64,000 nt of DNA from a virus. Each line of letters opens with the position of its first letter. Position 1 is the stretch's first letter. The DNA lies in IMG/VR virus record IMGVR_UViG_3300018080_000003, positions 32,001-96,000 of that record; one strand, given 5' to 3'. Of this stretch, positions 17,520-27,780 are shown in pieces. The notes under the pieces are model-generated. The model ran no database searches. It saw nothing but the letters and a program-made list of their open reading frames with translations, and was not told the origin of the DNA. Both the position numbers and the translations under genes were made by a program.

Positions 17520-18805
17520 CTGGCTACCATGGCGCGTACAACGCGTCAGATCAAGATCGAGCCTTTCACCCGAGCACTCGTGCAGCTGAGCACGAGAAGG
17601 GTGTTGCTTTCATCTGTCCGTGGGAGGATCCCTACTCGGGGTTCGCGGAGCATTCTCGCCGCCTCGCTCGTGCTCTCAACGACGCGGGGCTTCCCACGCA
17701 CATGCGCTCGCTCGATGCGAGCATGCAGATGCACACCCAGTTCGAGCTGGGCGGCAAGGACAAAGTCGACCTGCGTGAGCAGTACCACGACCTGCTCGAC
17801 AAGAGCATCAAACATCTGATGGTCAGCGTCTACCATCTCGTCCCCGACGATGCTGAGCTTCAGGTTCTGACGACACACCGTCATCTGACGCCGGAGCAGC
17901 TGGAGTGGGCGAACAGCTACAAGATCATCTCGACGGTCTGGGAGCGGGATCGGATCAGCCCGGCTGCGACTCAGGCGTTGAACCGCGTGGGACAGGTCTG
18001 GACGGCGACGTCGCAGCACGCAGAAATGCTGGCGGAGTGCGGTGTGAACTCCGACAAGATCAAAGTCGTCCCGCTCCCCTATTCGAAGATCGATCCCATC
18101 TTCGACTTGCGAGGCCGCAAGCGCATGAAGGGCGTCCCTCGTTTCTACCATATAGGAAAGTGGGAGCCGCGGAAGGCCCAGCACGAGATGCTGGGTTGTT
18201 TCCTCCGCGCCTTCGAGCCTGGTGAAGCGAAGTTTTACCTGAAGACGAGCGAGACGTCGCCGGACTTCGGAGACTACCCGCGCAGCCCTGATGCGTCGAT
18301 CGAGCGCTGGCTGACGAAGGAGGGCCTCTCCGGCAAGTGGTCGTTGGATCAGGTCAACCAGAACATCCACGTCATCAAGAAACGGATCAGCCCAGAACAG
18401 ATCTTCCAGCTGCATCGGATGGGGGACATCTACTTGTCGCTCAGCCGTGGTGAAGGCTGGGACATGCCCGCCTACGACGCGAAGCTTGCGGGCAATCTCC
18501 TGGTCTGGACGGCAAGCGGTGGCCCGCAGGAGTACGCAGGACAGGACAGCTTCTTCGTGGACTCCCTCGGCACTCAGCCGGCTCATCCTTTCTACAAGTG
18601 GGACGACGCAGAGTACCTCAGCTGGGACTACGTTCACGCGGTCAAACAGATGCAGAAGGCGGCAGGAGAGGTCAACTCGACGCTGAAGCCGCCTGACCTT
18701 CCACCTCTCTCTGACTTCGATCGCTTCAGCCCAGAGTGCGTTGGTCAGCTGATGAAGTCGTTCATCGAAGAGCTGGTCGAGCAGAATGAGGAGCGGTGGT
18801 CATGA
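17471..18805 (+). CDS. GT-B (GT4-like) glycosyltransferase
   Basis: FYHIGKWEPRK and LSRGEGWDMPAYDA motifs. Confidence 0.9.
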   Translation: MANEAEEAGEGWAKQLAGYHGAYNASDQDRAFHPSTRAAEHEKGVAFICPWEDPYSGFAEHSRRLARALNDAGLPTHMRSLDASMQMHTQFELGGKDKVDLREQYHDLLDKSIKHLMVSVYHLVPDDAELQVLTTHRHLTPEQLEWANSYKIISTVWERDRISPAATQALNRVGQVWTATSQHAEMLAECGVNSDKIKVVPLPYSKIDPIFDLRGRKRMKGVPRFYHIGKWEPRKAQHEMLGCFLRAFEPGEAKFYLKTSETSPDFGDYPRSPDASIERWLTKEGLSGKWSLDQVNQNIHVIKKRISPEQIFQLHRMGDIYLSLSRGEGWDMPAYDAKLAGNLLVWTASGGPQEYAGQDSFFVDSLGTQPAHPFYKWDDAEYLSWDYVHAVKQMQKAAGEVNSTLKPPDLPPLSDFDRFSPECVGQLMKSFIEELVEQNEERWS

Positions 18806-19113
18806 TGTGGGTTGTATCTTTTGCAGTTTCTGAGGACAACGTCGTCTTGATGGGCACCTTCTCCGAGCGGCTTGAAGCTAAGCGGTTTGGCGAGAGGGTC
18901 GCCAGGCGACAGGGCTACAAGGGCGAGCTGTCTTGGCATGATGGCTCCGAGACGTTCTGGTTCGAAGAGCCAGGACTCGAAGGCGGCTTCTTCATCACGC
19001 AGCCCGTCTCCAGACTCACCCATGAAGGCAAGAAGGCACAAATCGACATCAGTCGACCTAGCTTCGAGAAGGTGTTCGATCTGATGGAGGAAGAAGAATG
19101 CCAAACCGCGTAG
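18802..19113 (+). CDS. Hypothetical protein
   Basis: Coupled ATGA overlap. Confidence 0.55.
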   Translation: MMWVVSFAVSEDNVVLMGTFSERLEAKRFGERVARRQGYKGELSWHDGSETFWFEEPGLEGGFFITQPVSRLTHEGKKAQIDISRPSFEKVFDLMEEEECQTA

Positions 19114-22100
19114 GCATCGTCACCGTCGCTGATAGTCGCAAGGGGCTGTGGCGCGACATGGAAGTCCTTAGCTGGGCCGTCAGCATGCCGCCCCCCAGGG
19201 CGGAAGGCCAGCGTGCTCAAGGTTTGAGCGTCTTCTGTGCGAAGATGAGTGACCGCGTCTCCCCTTCGGTGGTGAACAGCTTGCCGGAGGGCGGTAGCGC
19301 GGGGGCACCCCTGTTCCAGGGCACCTTCGAAGCGTTTGCACAGACATGTGATGTGGTGGTCTTCTTCGAGACCTTCTACATCAACCTCGTCAAGCATCTG
19401 GTCGAGAAGGGTAAGCGCGCGATCTACGTCCCGAACCTCGACTGGGCGACCTGCTCAGACGGAGGCTCGATGGCGTGGAAACGTCAGATCAAAGAGCTTC
19501 AGAACTCGACTGACAAGTTCCAGGTCTGGGCTCGGCAGCCTTCGATTGAGCATGCGCTTTTGGAGCATGGTGTTCGGAGCGAGCATGTCCCTTGGTCGAT
19601 CCCTGATGAGATCGTTCGTGAGCCTGAGGTCAAGGCTGACGATCAGCCCTTGAAGTTCTTCGTCAACGCAGGCTTCGGAGGCCACAAGGGACGTCGCGCG
19701 GTGGACCTCGTGCTCAAGGCCTTTGCGAAGGCGAAGAAGCGCGCCCCGATGGAGCTAATCGTCAAGAGCATCAAGCCTCTCGTCGAGTACGTCGGAGATG
19801 CGATGGGTTGCATCGACGAAGACGTCGGTGTCATCGAGGGCTTTAGTCCGCGGACTCAGATCGATCAGCTGATGAAAGAGGCTGATGTTGTAGTTAGTGT
19901 CTCTCGCTGGGAGGGGTTCGGTTACGGTGTCATCGAGGCACTTCATGCGGGCAAGCCAGTGATCACACATGGTGGTTGGCCTGTTGGTGACGCGGTCACT
20001 CACAAGCACAACGGTCTCCTGGTGGAATGCGCATCTCAGGGGAAGTTCAACCTGACGCCTCACTGGGAAGCTGACGTCGACTCCATCGCCGATGCGATGG
20101 TCGAGCTTGTGACAGATCGCGATCTGTTGCGTCGTCTCACCGCACCCTGCCCGGCGGAGCTTCAGGCGCGCCAGTACGCGTTCATGCTTCGCGCTCGCGC
20201 TCTTCTCTTCGAGGAGCCTGAGCCGCGGGTCGTCATCTTTGGGAGCGAGCAGCATTTAGCTCAGCCTTCTGAGAAGTACTGGCAGATGGCGCTCGAAGCT
20301 CACGGCTATCGGGTGGACTACCAGCTGGCGAAGGGCGGCAACTACGGCGCGACTCTCGCGAAGTGGTGCGATTTCATCCTAGTGGGCAAGGCGCGCTTGG
20401 AGACGCTCAAGAAGGTCCGTGACAACAACGCACACGACGTGCCGGTGATTGTCTGGCATCACGACTACGGGACGGTTGTCAGCGAGCTTCACGACAACTT
20501 CCTCAAGTACGGCGATCTCGTCTTTGCTCCCTACGAGCAGGACGACGTGAACTATCTTCTACCGGGTCCTCGCTCGGGTGGCGACCGCGGCCGGGGCCTT
20601 CGCCGCACCTACAAGAAGCGGGCGGAGCCCGAGCATGACGTCGTGTTCATCGGTGGGGACTCCTTCGAGCGGAAGGCGATCCTCAAGCAGCTGAAGGCTG
20701 AGGTTGGCCTCGTAACGTTCGGCCCTGGGATGGCACACCCGCCTGTGTACGACGCCTCAGCTGACGACGTCTACAGCAACGCGAAGATCGCTCTCAGCCT
20801 TTCTCGCTTCAACGACACGCCTGGCTACACGAGCAACCGGCTGTTTCACGCAGCCGCGCTTGGGACGGCTGTCTTCTCGCACACATTCCCTGGTGATCGA
20901 CAGCTTTTTCCAGAGAAGCTTGCTGGCATCTTCTTCGTCCGTGGTGGCGACATGTCAGCGTCGATCCAGAAAGCGCTCATCGGCTGGGATCACCTCAAGG
21001 GACAAGCGCAGGAAGTGGAGAGCTACTGCTGGCGCCACCATTCTTGGCACGATCGGATCTACCAGATGGTCTGGCGGATCCACAAAGCCATGACGGACAT
21101 CCGAGACAAACGTCGCAAACGCAACCGGAAGAAGAAGCCGCCTCGCAACGCTCTGCAGTTCATCCCGAAAGGAAAGCCCATGGCACCCCCGAAGCCGCCT
21201 GTTGTTCAGACCCCTGACTGGAACGGACCGAAGAAGGTCAACATCGGATCTGGTCCGCGCGTCCATGCGGGCTACGAGAACATCGACGTGCGGCCGTTCC
21301 CTGGCGTGCGTCAAGTCGACTTGATGAAGGGCTTGCCGTACCCGGACAACGTTCTGCACGAGGTCCTGGCGGAGGATGTGTTGGAGCACTTCCGACCGGC
21401 GGAGCTGGTCAAGACGATCCTTCCGGAGATCTACAGAGTCCTCCGACCCGGCGGCAGACTGGTGGCGCAGATGCCCGACCTTCACGAGATGGTCAAGCAG
21501 TGGAAGCGTGGGGATGTTGACGATGAGATGATGTCGATGCGCATTCACGGTCGTCAGGACTATCCGGAGAACACGCACTACGCCTCCTACACCGAGGCGT
21601 CGATGACGAAGATCCTCAACCGCATCGGCTTTGGCACGGTGAAGCGTCTCGACACCCGGAACTGGAACATGGTGCTGGAGGCTCGCAAGGGCCCAGCGGA
21701 GGCTCCGCAGCAGAACCACCGCAAGGAGTTCAAGCCTCAGCCTGGCAAGGGCGACCAGACGGACTGGAACGCGTACTGGGAGCAGCGCTCACAGAAGATG
21801 GGACAGCTCTCGGTCACGCCGGGGAGCTGGAACGAGCTGCGTCAGCGCCAGGAGACGGACAAGCTCTTCAAGCTGATGGAGGTCGAGTGGCGCAAGCGTT
21901 CTGGCGCTGTCGTCATGGACTATGGCTGCGGCGTGGGCCGGATGTCGCGCAAGCTCCAGGAGGCGGAGGTCAAGGTCAAGGGTGTCGACGTGTCGCCGAA
22001 CATGGTGATGATCGCGCGGAAGAACGGCGTGGATGCCGATCTGATCGAAAACAAGCGCATCCCCTACGAGGACGACACCTTCGAGGGTCTCTTCGTCTGC

Positions 22101-22409
22101 ACCGTGCTGCAGCACATTCCTGACCTCGACCTCAAGGCAGCGGTGGAAGAGATCAAGCGCGTGCTCAAGCCGGGCGCTTTCATCATGCTCTTCGAGAACT
22201 GCGAGGGTCGCTACGGACGCACGTCTTCGAGTGGGCATGTCATTTTCCGTGAGCCGGGTGAGTATGCTTCTCTCTTCGAAGGGATCCAAGAGGTACTTCG
22301 CTACAACATCGAGGGCGAAGACCACGTCCTCATGTGGGGCACGCTCGCGGGCGAGCCTGAGGCGGAAGCCGAGGAGTCTGAAGGAGAGCCTGAAGAGACG
22401 GAGTCATGA
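19098..22409 (+). CDS. Multidomain enzyme: GT4 + CgeB-like glycosyltransferase + two SAM methyltransferases
   Basis: SRWEGFGYGVIEA; SNRLFHAAALG; VNIGSG..DVLEH..RVLRPGG; MDYGCGVG..GVDVS..VLQH..RVLKPG. Confidence 0.9.
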   Translation: MPNRVGIVTVADSRKGLWRDMEVLSWAVSMPPPRAEGQRAQGLSVFCAKMSDRVSPSVVNSLPEGGSAGAPLFQGTFEAFAQTCDVVVFFETFYINLVKHLVEKGKRAIYVPNLDWATCSDGGSMAWKRQIKELQNSTDKFQVWARQPSIEHALLEHGVRSEHVPWSIPDEIVREPEVKADDQPLKFFVNAGFGGHKGRRAVDLVLKAFAKAKKRAPMELIVKSIKPLVEYVGDAMGCIDEDVGVIEGFSPRTQIDQLMKEADVVVSVSRWEGFGYGVIEALHAGKPVITHGGWPVGDAVTHKHNGLLVECASQGKFNLTPHWEADVDSIADAMVELVTDRDLLRRLTAPCPAELQARQYAFMLRARALLFEEPEPRVVIFGSEQHLAQPSEKYWQMALEAHGYRVDYQLAKGGNYGATLAKWCDFILVGKARLETLKKVRDNNAHDVPVIVWHHDYGTVVSELHDNFLKYGDLVFAPYEQDDVNYLLPGPRSGGDRGRGLRRTYKKRAEPEHDVVFIGGDSFERKAILKQLKAEVGLVTFGPGMAHPPVYDASADDVYSNAKIALSLSRFNDTPGYTSNRLFHAAALGTAVFSHTFPGDRQLFPEKLAGIFFVRGGDMSASIQKALIGWDHLKGQAQEVESYCWRHHSWHDRIYQMVWRIHKAMTDIRDKRRKRNRKKKPPRNALQFIPKGKPMAPPKPPVVQTPDWNGPKKVNIGSGPRVHAGYENIDVRPFPGVRQVDLMKGLPYPDNVLHEVLAEDVLEHFRPAELVKTILPEIYRVLRPGGRLVAQMPDLHEMVKQWKRGDVDDEMMSMRIHGRQDYPENTHYASYTEASMTKILNRIGFGTVKRLDTRNWNMVLEARKGPAEAPQQNHRKEFKPQPGKGDQTDWNAYWEQRSQKMGQLSVTPGSWNELRQRQETDKLFKLMEVEWRKRSGAVVMDYGCGVGRMSRKLQEAEVKVKGVDVSPNMVMIARKNGVDADLIENKRIPYEDDTFEGLFVCTVLQHIPDLDLKAAVEEIKRVLKPGAFIMLFENCEGRYGRTSSSGHVIFREPGEYASLFEGIQEVLRYNIEGEDHVLMWGTLAGEPEAEAEESEGEPEETES

Positions 22410-23140
22410 GGATTGCCGTCGCCGTTAAGAGCCACAATCCGATGGCTCACATGCGCATGCACCTTTTGGAGTCATGCATGAAGTCGGTGTACGAGGCGTT
22501 CCCTTACGATCCGTCGGGCGGGATTGTCTGTGAGAACTTCCTGTTCATGAATGGCTTCGATGACGGGAGCCAGGAGGCCCAGGAGGAGCTTGCCCAGTCC
22601 TTCGACTTCCACTGCCTTCCCATCAAGTCAACGGACGACAACTACACGCCGGGGGCGGGGGCGAACGTCATCGGTGACTTGCTCAGCTACCGTTGGCGTT
22701 CAGAGTTTCCGATCTTCGACGCGGTGGTGTTCAGCGACGATGACATGATCTGGCGCCCGCGTGCGGCTGAGATCGTAGCGCACCTCATCCTCAACAAGCC
22801 CGACAGCGTCAAGATCATCTCAGGGCTCCTGGAGCCAGACTGGGCGTGGAACAAGCCGCGCCGCACGGTCTCGACTCCGGCTGGCATCAACATGCTGGTT
22901 CGGGACAGTTGTCCGGGTGCAGGCTGGTTCTTCAGCCCAAGTGACTGGGCAGACCACATCTCACCGCACATCGAGCGGAAGTTCGGTTACGACTACGACG
23001 CTTGCGTCGAGCTGAAGAAGGCGGGTTTTGAAGTGGCTCAGGTTGATCTGGCGGAGCATGCTGGTTGGGGAGCATCGACCCATGGTAACGAAGCCATCAA
23101 CCACGGAAAGCCGCTTGATCGAAAGCGCTGGGGAGTGTGA
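22406..23140 (+). CDS. GT-A (GT2-like) glycosyltransferase
   Basis: VVFSDDD DxD motif, late H-x-G motif. Confidence 0.7.
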   Translation: MRIAVAVKSHNPMAHMRMHLLESCMKSVYEAFPYDPSGGIVCENFLFMNGFDDGSQEAQEELAQSFDFHCLPIKSTDDNYTPGAGANVIGDLLSYRWRSEFPIFDAVVFSDDDMIWRPRAAEIVAHLILNKPDSVKIISGLLEPDWAWNKPRRTVSTPAGINMLVRDSCPGAGWFFSPSDWADHISPHIERKFGYDYDACVELKKAGFEVAQVDLAEHAGWGASTHGNEAINHGKPLDRKRWGV

Positions 23141-23298
23141 GCCTGAGGTCAGGTCGCGCGCCGACCAGCGGCTGATGCGCTGCGCCTGGTGCTACATTCT
23201 GCTGGCCCAGCCTCACCCATGGTACGACAAGGATACTGGGATGCTCTGGGGTCTTTGTCGTAGGTGCGTACCGGGTGGTTTGCTATACTACTAGCGCC

Positions 23299-23769
23299 AT
23301 GGGCCAGTACACTTTCCAGCAGGGATTTAGCTACGTCGCAGCTTTCGACAAGCCTTGGATTGCCAGCTCGGGCATGATCAAGAGCGGCGTCGAGGACCAA
23401 GGCTTTCGGGTTGATGCCTACTACAAGTGCGAGAAGGCCCCCAACTTCCCCTTCGTCCCCCCGAGTCGCGCTCGCTGTGGCAAGGACTACGACCACGTGG
23501 CCGTGGTAACGCGGACGGCGCGAACGGAGCGAATCGATGTTCCGAAAGAGGTGAAGTGGATCGTCCAAGTTCCGAAGGCTCAGCCTTCGCCTCCGCCCAA
23601 GCCGCCTTCTGGCACGCTTCCGCAGCAGGGCCCATCGGGGCCCAACATCGCATCGTCGGCGCAGGCGCCGAACCTGTTAAAGACTCCAGGCAAGGAAACG
23701 CCGAAGTGGGTCTGGGCAGCGGCGGGCGGAGCCGGTATCATCGTGCTCTTGAAGTTGCTGGGCAAGTAG
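23299..23769 (+). CDS. Tail-anchored membrane protein 14
   Basis: Pro-rich linker, C-terminal TM plus K. Confidence 0.75.
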   Translation: MGQYTFQQGFSYVAAFDKPWIASSGMIKSGVEDQGFRVDAYYKCEKAPNFPFVPPSRARCGKDYDHVAVVTRTARTERIDVPKEVKWIVQVPKAQPSPPPKPPSGTLPQQGPSGPNIASSAQAPNLLKTPGKETPKWVWAAAGGAGIIVLLKLLGK

Positions 23770-23790
23770 CTCTGAAGGAAGGGGGAAGAG

Positions 23791-24849
23791 ATGAAGATTC
23801 GACTGTACGGCGTAGACCGTGGAGAAGGCAGCTGGACGCGCGTCAGCCGTGGGGTAAAGGAAGGCCTGGAGGCTTGCGGTGCGCTTGCGTCGTTTCTGAA
23901 TGTCAGCCGGGTGGATGATCCTGGCTACGACTCCCTTGACCAAGGTTTTGACGCTCCGGTCGGTTTGACGATCGGTCCGCCGATGGCGGCTAGCGTGATG
24001 ATGGGGCGTGGAGAGCATTATCGGCGCCTGCTGATGATCGCGAGCAACAGCTCGTGGTTGCCCCGAAGCCTGATGGAGCGGTCGGACAAGATCGTCACGG
24101 GCTACGTTGGTCCGAGTCAGTTCTCGATTGAGGTGATCAAGAGAAACACGCTGATGACGAAGAGTCTCCACCTCTACCTGCATGGGGTGGACAAGGCTTT
24201 TCAGCCGATGCGCGGGGTGCGGAAGCCGAAGGGGTGGTCGGTGCTTCACATGGCTTCGACGCACATGCAGCGTAAGGGAACGCGGGAGCTTCTGTACGCG
24301 TGGGGCTTGGCGCTCCGGAAGAAGCTGATCCCTCAGGACAGCGTTCTTCGTCTGGTGATCGATGGCCCGAAGGGGGTATATCTTTCGGAGATCCATAAGG
24401 CGACGCAAGGGATCGTTGAGCACGCGGAGAGCATCGTGGTTCTGCCGCGCCTAGAGCTTTCTGTAGATGATCTGCGTTTCTTCTACGCGCAGCACCACTT
24501 GGTGGCTCAGCCTTCTCGGGCCGAAGGGTTCGGCATGGTTCCTTTGGAATCAAGGGCCTGTGGTGTCCCTGTGCTCGCGACGGCTTGCACCGGTCATGAG
24601 GAGCACATCCAGCCGGCGGATGGCATCGTCGTGGTACCGCATGGCTTGAACGGTCCGATCGATGATGGTCCGGGAGCGGAGGCGCCAACTGTTTCTCCGG
24701 AGGACATCTGTGAGGGCCTCATCGAGGCTTACGATCGACGAGAGGTTTTGAGTGCGCTCGCGATGGAGCAGTCGGCTTACTTTCGGGATGTTTGGTCCTG
24801 GCCGAAGGTGACACAAGAGTTTCTCCGGTCTCTTGAAGCTAGCTCTTGA
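23791..24849 (+). CDS. GT4-like glycosyltransferase
   Basis: QRKG and PSRAEGFGMVPLESRACGVP motifs. Confidence 0.9.
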   Translation: MKIRLYGVDRGEGSWTRVSRGVKEGLEACGALASFLNVSRVDDPGYDSLDQGFDAPVGLTIGPPMAASVMMGRGEHYRRLLMIASNSSWLPRSLMERSDKIVTGYVGPSQFSIEVIKRNTLMTKSLHLYLHGVDKAFQPMRGVRKPKGWSVLHMASTHMQRKGTRELLYAWGLALRKKLIPQDSVLRLVIDGPKGVYLSEIHKATQGIVEHAESIVVLPRLELSVDDLRFFYAQHHLVAQPSRAEGFGMVPLESRACGVPVLATACTGHEEHIQPADGIVVVPHGLNGPIDDGPGAEAPTVSPEDICEGLIEAYDRREVLSALAMEQSAYFRDVWSWPKVTQEFLRSLEASS

Positions 24850-24874
24850 CAGGTCTTCCTTGTAGAATGCGAGC

Positions 24875-27769
24875 ATGGATTTCGGTTCTGCTGGTATCAA
24901 GGGAAACGGGAAGGCACGTGCCTTTGAGTTCCCGGATGGCGTGGACGCTGAGGTGGCGCTCGCGGGTCGCGCTCGTCTTCGCTACAACGCTTTCACGAAC
25001 CAGCTTGAACTGAGCGTCAGTGGTAACCCTTACTTGCCTTTCACGGCAGGTGGCGGAGCGATTCCACTCAATGGAATATCCTGGGTAGACGGACGTAACG
25101 GGAACGATGGAACTGCCATTTATGGCAGTCAAAACAACCCCTTCCAGACGGTTCAAGCCGCCATCAACTCGGCGATTGGGTCTGGGTTCACGACTATCGG
25201 CATCGTCGTTCTTGGCGGAGATTACCCAGAGGACGTCGTCGTGCCGAACGTCCTCGTCGACACGCGCCTGGGGATCGTGGGCCTTGGCGGGGCGGGCGTC
25301 AACATCCGTTCGCTGACGGCCTCTTGTCCGACAGGTGCAGGTGTTCGACTTGATCTCTCGATCGAGTCGCTCACGTTGGGCACCCGAGTTGGTGGGGGCC
25401 AGACGGTAGCTCCTTTGACCCTTGTGGGGGACAACGGGAACTTGGAGGTGGAGACCCGTGGCGTGAACATGAACAGTTCGACGCCGAACATTCCTCCCTT
25501 CCAGACGTTGAACGCCGCTGCGACTGGCAACCTCGACGCCGTGATGGGAGAGTCGATTTTGCGCGCGACGGCATCTCCGGCGGCGGCCGTAGAGATGGCG
25601 TTTGGCGATGTCGAGTTTCGCGACATAACGCTTCGAGGCCTGGATACGACTCAGGTTCTGATCACGGGCCCGTGCAATTTCACGGGTTCAGACGTGGTGC
25701 TCCTCGCAGATGGTGCAGGCGGCAACCCTCTGATCGCTCACTCTGGGCCTTCTGGTCAAATCAACTTCGTCTCAAGTTTCTGTCAGCCCTCTTCGACGAC
25801 CGATGATTTTATCCAGGTCTCTTCTCCTGCGACGAGCGTTGTACTTCGCTCCTGCATCGTTGGAAGCAACGGTTACACCGGTCAGGTTCTTCTATCCGGC
25901 GGACCGGTCTTCTACAACTTTGTCAGCTCTGTAGACGGAAATCCTGTTCCGATTGTGGGTGCTGGCTTTGAGACTCGTTTTCAGAACAGTAGCCAGGTCC
26001 AGCACAACAGCACGACGGTCATCGGAACGCAGCCTGTCGATCAGGCCATGGACGACTTGCTCTTCGGGACGACGCAGATTGGAGCGCCCATCGTTGGCCC
26101 TGGCACCTTCGCCCTTGGAGATGATTCGACGATTCTCGTCGATACGGGTGCGGCTGTAACGCTGACGCTTCCGGCCATCACGACGCGGCCTCGCGGCAAG
26201 GCTTATCGGATCGTGGACGCGACGGGCGGCGGCACGCCTGTCACGATCAATCCGACGGGTGCAGATACCGTGAATGGCGGCGCGTCTCTTACGTTCACCC
26301 CTGGTGGCGCGAACGCCTCCATCGTCCTTCAGTCGGAGTCCGCTTCCACCAACTGGGCTCTGACCCAGGCGGATCCAACGACTGGCGGCGGTGGTGGTTC
26401 GACGATTCCTGTTGACCGCATCACCTACGTGAATCAGCTGAACGGCAACGACGCAACCGGTGTGGCGGGTGACATTGCTTTCCCCTTTCAGACTGTTCAG
26501 GCAGCGGTCAACGCGGCCATCGCGACTTTGGGCTTCAGTGCGGGCAACCTGGGCATCGTCGTTTCTCCTGGGTCCTATCTGGAAGATGTCGATATCGACT
26601 ACACGCTCAGTAGCGGGATGTATCTCGGCATTTACGGCGATGGTCACGCGGTGAAAATCCGGAGCATCAACGTCATCGGACCCAATATCCCGGTCGGTTC
26701 TCCTTTCTTCCAGGAGCTTTTCATCGGTGATCTCTGCATCGGCTTTCCCGAGGGCGCTGGCTTCTCTAGCCGCCCCGCACTTCAGGTCCGCGAGGGCCTT
26801 GCCCCTCTGAACGTTGTGCTCTCGAACGTGGGATGCTTCGTAGCAAACGGCAACGAAGACGTCGTCGTCATTGGCCCAGCCTCGACGGGAGGTGTCACAG
26901 TTGAGGCTGTTGGCGGCGGAGCTTTCGCGAATGACAACATCAACGCTGTGACGGGCCGCGCGCTGGTGATGGACACGGGTACCTTCCGGGGTACTGGCTT
27001 CAATCTTCAGTCTCGGAACGCCCCTGCGGTTGAGATCACTGGCGCCGCCATCTACAACGACCAGGGTTCTCGTATCGCTCAGGTGTTGGGCGTGGGAACG
27101 GACCCTCTAATCCGAACGACTGCGACGACGCTTCACCTCATCAGCCTGAACAACACGCAGCTCGTTCCGACCACGACAACGGTCGACGTCATCGAGACGA
27201 ACGACATCAACGCGGACATCACGTTGAACGATGTTCAGGTTCAGCTCATCGGTTCGTCTGGCAACATCAACATGACCTCGGGTGGCATCGTCAACGTTAC
27301 GAGCGCCTACGTCTCGCAGACGGGTCCTTGTCCCATTATCGGCGCCACGGTCGTGAACCTCGACCACCAGGGTTCACAGGTCGGCTACTCGTCCTCGACG
27401 GTCCTTGGTGACCGCGACATGACAGATGCTGTGACGCAGGTCGTACAGGGTGTCAGTGACACGGTGGCTCGGCTCACAGGTGGCGGCGCGTTCGCTGCTG
27501 GACCGGAGGAAGTCATTTTGGTGGCTGAGGGCGCCTCTCCGACGACCATCACGTTGCCTCTTCGGAGTACAGTAGTCGATGGTAAAAAGTACCGTGTGGT
27601 GGATGCGCTCCCTGCAGGTTCTGCGGGCATCACGATCGCTGCTTCTGGCGCCGATACTATCAACGGTGGCGCGACGTTTGTGATGACGACGGGCCCGAAT
27701 AACTACGTCGAGGTCATCGCTGAGGTGGGCGCTCCCTCGGCTTGGACGATCATCGGTATTCGTCCTTGA
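24875..27769 (+). CDS. Spike/fibre protein 1 (adaptor plus two beta-helix-like modules)
   Basis: Shared N-terminal RAxEFP..GRARxRYN adaptor. GND..PFQTVQAA x2 and GADT(V/I)NGG domain x2. Confidence 0.75.
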   Translation: MDFGSAGIKGNGKARAFEFPDGVDAEVALAGRARLRYNAFTNQLELSVSGNPYLPFTAGGGAIPLNGISWVDGRNGNDGTAIYGSQNNPFQTVQAAINSAIGSGFTTIGIVVLGGDYPEDVVVPNVLVDTRLGIVGLGGAGVNIRSLTASCPTGAGVRLDLSIESLTLGTRVGGGQTVAPLTLVGDNGNLEVETRGVNMNSSTPNIPPFQTLNAAATGNLDAVMGESILRATASPAAAVEMAFGDVEFRDITLRGLDTTQVLITGPCNFTGSDVVLLADGAGGNPLIAHSGPSGQINFVSSFCQPSSTTDDFIQVSSPATSVVLRSCIVGSNGYTGQVLLSGGPVFYNFVSSVDGNPVPIVGAGFETRFQNSSQVQHNSTTVIGTQPVDQAMDDLLFGTTQIGAPIVGPGTFALGDDSTILVDTGAAVTLTLPAITTRPRGKAYRIVDATGGGTPVTINPTGADTVNGGASLTFTPGGANASIVLQSESASTNWALTQADPTTGGGGGSTIPVDRITYVNQLNGNDATGVAGDIAFPFQTVQAAVNAAIATLGFSAGNLGIVVSPGSYLEDVDIDYTLSSGMYLGIYGDGHAVKIRSINVIGPNIPVGSPFFQELFIGDLCIGFPEGAGFSSRPALQVREGLAPLNVVLSNVGCFVANGNEDVVVIGPASTGGVTVEAVGGGAFANDNINAVTGRALVMDTGTFRGTGFNLQSRNAPAVEITGAAIYNDQGSRIAQVLGVGTDPLIRTTATTLHLISLNNTQLVPTTTTVDVIETNDINADITLNDVQVQLIGSSGNINMTSGGIVNVTSAYVSQTGPCPIIGATVVNLDHQGSQVGYSSSTVLGDRDMTDAVTQVVQGVSDTVARLTGGGAFAAGPEEVILVAEGASPTTITLPLRSTVVDGKKYRVVDALPAGSAGITIAASGADTINGGATFVMTTGPNNYVEVIAEVGAPSAWTIIGIRP

Positions 27770-27780
27770 GGAGGTGAGAG

